A stretch of DNA of 28,715 bases from contig NC_057755.1 in the NCBI RefSeq assembly GCF_004010195.1, positions 7,151,653 through 7,180,367 on the forward strand. The letters run 5' to 3'. The notes beneath the pieces were generated by a model. The model was not told the DNA's origin, made no database searches, and worked only from the letters and a program-made list of their open reading frames with translations. Shown in pieces: positions 21,146 through 28,715 of this stretch. The translations under genes were made by a program, and so were the position numbers. The stretch's first letter is position 1, and every line of letters begins with the position of its first letter. Source of the DNA: Chiloscyllium plagiosum (taxonomy: Eukaryota).

Positions 21146-22466
21146 AGTAGGCAAAGTAATGGAAAGGGTACCGAGGGATAGGATTTATGAGTATCTGGAA
21201 ATACTCTGCTTGATTAGGGACAGCCAGCACGGATTTGTGAGGGGTAGGTCTTGCCTTACAAGTCTTATTGAATTCTTTGAGGAGGTGACCAAGCATGTGG
21301 ATGAGAGTAGAGCAGTGAAAGTAGTATGCATGGATTTTAGTAAGGCATTTGATAAGGTTCCCCATGGTAGGCTTATGCGGAAAGTCAGGAGGCATGGATA
21401 GAGGGAAATTTGGCCAATTGGATAGAAAACTGGCTAACCGGTCGAAGGCAGAGAGTGGTGGTAGATGGTAAATACTCAGCCTGGAGCCCAGTTACATGTG
21501 GAGTTCCGCAGGGATCAGTTCTGGGTCCTCTGCTGTTTGTAATTTTTATTAATGACTTAGATGAGGGAGTCGAAGGGTGGGTCAGTAAATTTGCAGATGA
21601 TACGAAGATAGGTTGAGTTGTGGACAGTGAGGAGGGCTGTTGTCTGCTGCAGAGGGACTTAGATATGATGCAGAGCTGGGCTGAGGAGTGGCAGATGGAG
21701 TTCAACCCTGCCAAGTGTGAGGTTGTCCATTTTGGAAGAACAAATAAGAATGCGGAATACAGGGTTAATGGTAGGGTTCTTAGTCAGGTGGAGGAACAGA
21801 GGGATCTTGGGGTCTATGTACATAGATCTTTGAAGGTTGCCACTCAGGTGGATAGAGTTTGTAAGAAGGCCTATGGAGTATTATCGTTCATTAGCAGAGG
21901 GATTGAATTCAAGAGTTGTGAAGTGATGTTGCAACTGTACAGGACTTTGTTTAGGCCACATTTGGAGTACTGTGTGCATTTCTGGTCGCCTCACTTTAGG
22001 AAAGATGTGGGAGCTTTGGAGAGGGTGCAGAGAAGATTTACCAGGATGTTGCCTGGAATGGAGAATAGGTCGTACGAGGATAGGTTGAGAGTGCTAGGCC
22101 TTTTCTCATTGGAACGGAGAAGGATGAGGGGTGACTTGATAGAGGTTTATAAGATGATCAGGGGAATGGATAGAGTAGACAGTCAGAGACTTTTTCCCCG
22201 GGTACAACAGGGTGTTACAAGAGGACATAAATTTAAGGTGAATGGTGGAAGGTATAGGGGGGATGTCAGGAGTAGGTTCTTTATCCAGAGAGTGGTGGGG
22301 GCATGGAATGTGTCTGTGGGAGTGGCAGAGTCAGAATCATTGGTGACCTTTAAGCGTCAATTGGATAGGTACATGGATGGGTGCTTAAGCTAGGACAAAT
22401 GTTCGGCACAACATCGTCGGCCGAAGGGCTTGTTCTGTGCTGTATTGTTCTATGTTCTATGTTCTA
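21146..22466 (+). mobile_element. Younger 5'-truncated CR1 nested in the host CR1 (TSD TGTTCAA)
   Basis: [38 protein letters not shown]. (TGTTCTA)n tail. TGTTCAA at 21139-21145 and 22467-22473. Confidence 0.95.
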
Positions 22467-22926
22467 TGTTCAAGTACATAGATGCCTCAAAGTTCCCACC
22501 CAAGTGGATCGGTTTGTTGAGAAAGCATATGGTGTTTTGGCTTTCATTAACAGTGGAATCAAATTTAAGAGCTGTGCAGTTTTGCTGCAGCTCTACAAGA
22601 CCTTAGTGAGACCACACTTGGAATATTGTGTCCAGATCTGGTCGCCCTACTACAGGATAGATGCGGAGGCTTTGGAAAGGATGCTGCCTGGACTGGAGGG
22701 CTTGTCTTATGAAGGAAGGTTGAATAAACACGGACTTTTCTCTCTGTAGAGAAGGAGGAAGAGAGGTGACTTGATCAAGGTATACAAGGTAATAAGATGC
22801 ATGGATAGAGTCAATAGCTAGAGACATTTCCCCAGGACAGACTTGACTGGCAAGAGGGGTCATAATTTTAAAATATTAGGAGGAGGGTACAGAGGGGACG
22901 TCAGAGGTAGGTTCTTTATGTAGAGT

Positions 22927-23906
22927 CATATGGCCATAGAGTCATAGACTGTACAACACAGAAACAGACCCTTCGGTTCAACCCATCCATGCCCTCCAGA
23001 TATCCCAACCCAATCTAGTCCCACCTGCTAGCACCTGGCCCATATCCTCCGAACCTTCCTATTCATATACCCATTCAAATGCCTCTTAAATGTTGCAATT
23101 GTATCAGTTTCCACTACTTCCTCTGGCAGCTCATTCCATACACGTACCACCCTCAGTGTGAACAAGTTGCCCCTTAGGTCTCTTTCAAATCTTTCCCCTC
23201 TCACCCTAAACCTATGCCCTCTAGGTCTCGATCCCCCGATCCCAGGGAGACGACTTTGTCTATTTATCCTATCCATGCCCCTCATAATTTTGTAAACCTC
23301 TATAAGTTCACCCGTCAGCCTCCGACGCTCCGGGGAAAACAGTCCCTGCCTGTTCAGCTTCTCCTTATAGCTCAAATCATCCAACCCTGACAATATCCTT
23401 GTAAATCTTTTCTGAACCCTTTCAAGTTTTGCAACAGCTTTCCGATAGGAAAGAGACCAGAATTGCACGCAATATTCCAACAGTGGTCTAACCAATGTCC
23501 TGTACAGCCGCAACATGACCTCCCAACTCCTGTACTCAATACTCTGACCAATAAAGGAAAACATACCAAACGACTTCTTCACTATCCTATCTACCAGCGA
23601 CTCCACTTTCATGAAGCTATGAACCTGCACTCCAAGGTCTCTTTGTTCAGCAACACTCCCTAGGACCTTACCATTAAGTGTATAAGTCCTGCTTAGATTT
23701 GCTTTCCCAAAATGCAGCACCTCGCATTTATCTGAATTAAACTCCATCTGCCACTTCTCAGCCCATTGACCCATCTGGTCCAGATCCTGTTGTAATCTGA
23801 GGGTAACCCTCTTCGTTGTCGACTATACCTCCAATTTTGGTATCATCTGCAAACGTACTAACTCTACCGCTCACATCCAAATAATTTATATAAATGACAA
23901 AAAGTC
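22927..23906 (-). mobile_element. Antisense 5'-truncated CR1 nested in the host CR1; same subfamily as 6236-6945
   Basis: ORF 23028-23774 is highly similar to ORF 6246-6863. catagagt-type tail, with possible TSD AGAGT (22922-22926 / 23908-23912). Confidence 0.94.
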
Positions 23907-24384
23907 GAGAGTTGTGAATGCATGGAATGCTTTGCCAGCGGTGATGGTGGAAGCAGAGTAATTAGGGATATTTAAGCGACTGCTCGAAATGCACATGGAT
24001 ATCAGTGTATTGAGGGGTGTGTCGGTTAAGTAATTTTATTTTAGATTTGGAATAATGCTCGGCACAACTTCGTTGGCGAAAGGGCCTGTTCTGTGCTGTA
24101 CCTTTCTACCTTCTATGTTCTAAGATGTTCCCCACTTTCTCATTTATACTCAAATGTCGATTGTCACAAATGTGCAGGGATTGCCGGTAAGGAAAAATCG
24201 AGTCAGGAGATGAGGACATAAGAACCGTTTTGGAACTCAATAAATATGGTGCTTTGTCGGAAGAGTGGTGTGACAATCGAAAGGTGTGATTACAGCTGGC
24301 TTGATTGCCAGCATATCCAGGAAATGTGCGTATCTCCTCCAATACTAATTCGCAGTGACAACAGTTTATGCTATCCACAGGATG

Positions 24385-24690
24385 CACTGCAGAAATTTAC
24401 TAAAGATCCCTAGACAGCATCTTTCAAACTCAGACTCCAATTAAAAGGACAAAGACACTCAATACATGGGGAAGCCTCTCCTCTCAAGTTCCCCTCCAAG
24501 GTACTCAACATCCTGACTTGGAAATTCACCACTGTATCTTTACCGTCACTGGATCAAAATCTTGGTAATCACTTCTGCATGTCTTTGTGGGTCAACCAAG
24601 AGTACATGGACTGCCGCCATTCATGTAAGAAACTCACCAATAAATGTTGCTCAGCAAGTATCACTCTCATCACATGCATGAATGAACGAA
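24385..24690 (+). mobile_element. Old LINE (CR1/L2 group) 3' tail
   Basis: Same family as 10830-11075. Confidence 0.6.
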
Positions 24691-24776
24691 AAGAAGGAGT
24701 GGCCGGAATTCAAACTTCAGTTTGGATACATATATTACTGTTAAGATAACTTGAGTACAGAAGGTTAAATTTTGTG

Positions 24777-25498
24777 AAATACAGGGTTAACGGTAGGGTT
24801 CTTAGTGAGGTAGAGGAACAGAGGGATCTTGGGGTCTATGTTCATAGGTCTTTGAAAGTTGCCACTCAGGTGGATAGAGCTTGTAAGTAGTTCTATGGTG
24901 TATTAGCGTTCATTAGCAGAGGGATTGAATTCAAGAGTCATGAAGTGATGTTGCAACTGTACAGGACTTTGGTTAGGCCACATTTGGAGTACTGTGTGCA
25001 GTTCTGGTCGCCTCACTTTAGGAAAGATGTGGAAGCTTTGGAGAGGGTGCAGAGAAGATTTACCAGGATGTTGCCTGGAATGGAGAATAGGTCGTACGAG
25101 GATAGGTTGAGAGTGCTCGGCCTTTTCTCATTGGAACGGCGAAGGATGAGGGGTGACTTGATAGAGGTTTATAAGATGATCAGAGGAATAGATAGAGTAG
25201 ACAGTCAGAGACTTTTTCCCCGGGTACAACAGAGTGTTACAAGAGGACATAAATTTAAGGTGAATGGTGGAAGGTTTAGGGGAGATGTCAGGGGTGGGTT
25301 CTTTACCCAGAGAGTGGTGGGGGCATGGAATGCGCTGCCTGTGGGAGTGGTAGAGTCAGAATCTTTGGTGACCTTTAAGCGACAATTGGATAGGTACATG
25401 GATGGGTGCTTAAGCTCGGACAAATGTTCGGCACAACATCGTCGGCCGAAGGGCCTGTTCTGTGCTGTATTGTTCTATGTTCTAAGTTCTATGTTCTA
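24777..25498 (+). mobile_element. 5'-truncated CR1, close relative of 21756-22466
   Basis: Long stretches of identity, ORF 24945-25499 matches ORF 21620-22393, and a (TGTTCTA)n tail. Confidence 0.95.
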
Positions 25499-26370
25499 AA
25501 GTACAGTGGGTGTTGGAGGGAAATAATTCAATAAAGCACGGGAACGTCCACAGTCATGGAACATAGAACTTTCAACCACAATACAGGCCCTTCGGCCCTT
25601 GATGTTGCATTGACCTGTGAAACCAATCTGAAACCCATTTACCCTACACTTCCAGCATCAAAGTGTTTATTGATGTTCCACTGGTGGGAATAAACCTCTG
25701 TGGATTCAGGAACCATTTCCCTTAACAAAGGAAAGACGCAATTATTTTATAAATTTAGTCATTCCCAACATCAGCAGTTACAGACCAATCATATTGTTAA
25801 TTCCCTACATGCACACTGAATCAAATTAATCAGTGACTGTATGGTCAATGATGGACAACTTCATAGATGGCCTTCTCTGGTCTGATGTTTCCCAGGCGAC
25901 CTCATCGCTAACCTTGCGGCTGTCACAATGTGTGTTGCATTTAACAACATTCCAACACTGCTGATTATGCACCTGTATTTCAGTCATTCCTGCCAGCAGA
26001 GTGGGACTTCTACTTTACTCTCGGGATGATTTTCAATGGAATTTCTTCCAAGCTTATTAAGTTTTATATTTGCACACATATGCATGTGTGTTAAGTGTGT
26101 ATATATATTTCGATACATATATCCAAACTCGATAACCAATCCCAAATCAACAACTTGGAGCATTCAGAAATCTTAACCAAAATAAATCTATTTCTGATCA
26201 GTCTAAGACTTTTAAACAGGCAGGTATGGGAGTCTTCTATTGGCATACTGAAGAGTCTCTTTATCCAACTGTCTCTGCATCAATAACTGCAGCTGCGAGA
26301 TTGCAACAGGACTCTTTATGTACTATTTTAATCTATTTCTTTGGACATATTCTGTCTACAAATCTACTAT

Positions 26371-26566
26371 TGTCATAACTTATGGTTAATTGAAATACTG
26401 CAGCAAACAAGCTATTTCTAAGTTAACTGCAAATTACTTTTCGCCATCTCTCGAATGATTGGAACAGTACCAGACAGGTGGACATCACACAATGTGAGCT
26501 TCTTGTTTGTGCTTGTTAACCTGGTCCGGTCAGGGAGCGCTGGTTGAAAGATGTAAAGTGGAGTGT
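26371..26566 (+). mobile_element. Probable 5' part of an LTR, disrupted at a GGAGTGT motif
   Basis: Starts TGTCAT. ctggtccggtcagggagcgctggttgaaagatgtaaagtggagtgt appears to continue as gtgtcaga...gagagctggctctgaggg at 27256-27311. Family assignment is from memory of shark LTRs. Confidence 0.45.
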
Positions 26567-26590
26567 TTTGCTTAATAAAATAAATAAAAA

Positions 26591-27250
26591 GGAGTGTCCC
26601 CCTCCAACTCTATTCTGATTTGATCCCTGCCCTCCCCTTCACTGTTTGATCACGCAGCACTGCCCTTTGATGTGAGGGGGACTTCTTGTTTCTCGCTACT
26701 TGGGTGTTTCTTTACTTCCTGGTGGTGGAAATTTGAATAAAGATTCGTGCACCTTGTGTCTCTCACTGTGTCTCACACCTGCACACACACACCATGGGCG
26801 CAGGGGGAAAATAAGAAAAAAAACAAAAGAGAGAGAAAAAAGAAAAAAAAATTAACACAGAGTGCCAGACATCCTGACACTCTGAGAGGTGGCTCCTGAG
26901 GGGAAAAAAATAAGGGGAGTGTCGCATTCCAATTGTATTTTGCTTTAATCCCTGCCCGCCCCTCACTGTTTGATCACGCAGCATTTCCCTTTGATGTGAA
27001 GGACACTGCTTGTTACTGGTCACTTGGGTGATTCTTTTCTTCCTGGTGGTGGAAATTGAATAAAGGTTCGTGCACCTTGTGTCTTTCACTGTGTCTCACA
27101 CCTGCACGAACACAAACATGGGTGTGGGGAAAAAAAAAATCACTACCGCAGTTAGGTGTAGTGTGGGTGTAAAGAAAAAATAAAAACGAATAAAAAGAGC
27201 AGGACTTTCAGAAATCCTGTTTATTTTGAGAACAAAAAATAAAATAAAAA
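26591..27250 (+). mobile_element. Two tandem diverged copies of a ~210-bp poly(A)-tailed retroelement 3' end (26591-26851, 26916-27250)
   Basis: Shared cactgtttgatcacgcagca...cttcctggtggtggaaatt..AATAAA..gtgcaccttgtgtct..cacacctgcac, each followed by A-rich tails. Confidence 0.8.
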
Positions 27251-27375
27251 CAGTGGTGTCAGAAGTTCCGTTCATTATGAGAGCTGGCTCTGAGGGAACT
27301 GGATCAGTGTCAAAAAAAAGGGAGTGTCCCTGTTCAATTCTATTTTCATCAAACTGCTCCCTGACGTGAAACACC

Positions 27376-27719
27376 GAGGGTTAGATAGGGTGGACAGGGA
27401 GAGCCTTTTTTCAACTAGAGTGACGGCGAGCACGAGGGGGCATAGCTTTAAATTGAGGGGTGATACATATAGGACGGATTCAGAGGTAGTTTCTTTACTC
27501 AGAGAGTAGTAAGGGTATGGAATGCTTTGCCTGCAATGGTAGTAGATTCGCCAACTTTAAGTACATTTAAGTCGTTATTGGACAAGCATATGGACGTACA
27601 TGGAATAGTGTAGGTTAGATGGGGTTCAGATTGGTGTGACAGGTCGGCGCAACATCGAGGGCCGAAGGGCCTGTGCTGCGCTGTAATGTTCTATGTTCGA
27701 TGTTATATATTCTATGTTC
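27376..27719 (+). mobile_element. CR1 3' end
   Basis: RGLDRVDRESLF..TRGHSFKL..WNALP, gccgaagggcctg, and a tgttcta tail. Confidence 0.9.
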
Positions 27720-27739
27720 AGTTTTTTTGTTGCTTTCCA

Positions 27740-28222
27740 ATCATAGCGTCACGCAGCATGGAAACTGAACCTTCAATCCAACTCGTCTGTGCCGACCAAG
27801 TTTCCAAAATAAATTAGTTTCATTTGCCTGCATTTAGCCCATATTCCTCTGAACCTTTCCTCTTTATATACCTGTCCAAATGTCTTTTAAATTCTCTAAT
27901 TATATCTGCATCTAACATTTCCCCGGCAGTTCATTCCATATAAAAGCCCCTCTTCGTTAAAATGATGTCCCTCAGGTCCGTTTTAAATCTTTCTCCTTTC
28001 ACCTTAAAATGATGGTCTACCGACCCGAAGGAAAATACCTTTGACATTCACGTTATCTATTTTCCTCATGATTTTATAAATCGTTGCAAGGCCACCCCCT
28101 CAGGTTCAGATGTTTCAGGGAAATTGCCCCAGCCTATTCAGCTTTTCCTCTAGTCCCGACAACATATGATACATATCAATTCAATTCTCTCGAATCTAAT
28201 GATATAATTTAGAGTGCAGGCA
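27740..28222 (-). mobile_element. Old degenerate CR1 3' end
   Basis: ggcagttcattccata and ctcatgattttataaa motifs, as in 22927-23400. Confidence 0.8.
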
Positions 28223-28223
28223 A

Positions 28224-28540
28224 TTAGAACATAGAACATAGAACATAGAACATAGAAGAATACAGCGCAGTACAGGCCCTTTGGCCCTCGATGTTGCGCC
28301 GATCCAAGCCCACCTAACCTATACTAACCCACTATCCTCCATATACCTATCCAATGCCCGCTTAAATGCCCATAAAGAGGGAGAGTCCACCACTGCTACT
28401 GGCAGGGCATTCCATGAACTGACGACTCGCTGAGTGAAGAACCTACCCCAACTTCAGTCCTATATCTACCCCCCCCACCTTAATTTATAGCTATGCCCTC
28501 TTGTAATACCCGACTCCATACGCGGGAAAAGGTTCACACT
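28224..28540 (-). mobile_element. CR1 3' end with an (ATAGAAC)n tail, inserted into the older CR1
   Basis: tagaacatagaacatagaacatagaaca, caggccctttggccc, and gcagggcattcca (WNALP). Confidence 0.9.
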
Positions 28541-28715
28541 AGTTTGAAGCCTGGAGACATAAAATAAATTCGAATTCGGCCAATCTGTTTAAATTATACC
28601 CTGAAAACATACCAATTTTCAATCAAGTTTGAATTGAGTATATAGACAATCAAAAAAGCCAATGACACAATCTGATGCTCTAGGGGTACGAGACTGGGGG
28701 GGGGGGGGGGGGGAT

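Larger units (their letters stand above)
17255..24129 (+). mobile_element. Near-full-length ORF2 CR1 LINE in four pieces (about 17255-18792, 20356-21145, 22467-22926, 23908-24129)
   Basis: Colinear domains: CFNAR..DVVAIT, MGDFNFPNID, DKPPGPD | PEDWREAN, YRPVTLTS, SQHGF, ADDKK | LYKTLVRPHLEYC | RVVNAWN plus tail. The frame resumes after each nested insertion. Confidence 0.93.

Noticed and set aside
28696..28713. Poly-G run as a G-quadruplex element
   Set aside because: It is a homopolymer at the window edge with unreliable length and no supporting context.

Overview
This is eukaryotic DNA, not prokaryotic. It is almost certainly from a cartilaginous fish (shark), based on an HE1-type V-SINE, abundant CR1 LINEs, Penelope-like elements and a Tx1-like LINE. 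The only host genes I can support are two divergent, co-oriented (minus-strand) class A orphan GPCRs of the elasmobranch 'GPR139-like' family. GPCR-A has two coding exons (1680-1614 and 874-<1) and a single 1-bp frameshift near 684-686. GPCR-B has an intact main exon (16771-15867) but no recognisable first exon in the window. The rest is mostly transposon debris, including a near-full-length CR1 (about 17255-24129) split by three nested insertions. One of these is a Penelope element with a 10-bp TSD and a minimal hammerhead ribozyme. Other notable structure: a 230-bp tandem duplication and a 41-bp-period degenerate array upstream of GPCR-A, a ~145-bp inverted repeat pair, a solo LTR, a hierarchical 21/42/84-bp minisatellite at the assembly gap, and a stack of poly(A)-tailed inserts that all sit at a GGAGTGTC motif. 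Repeat-family names come from my recognition of motifs, not from a database search.
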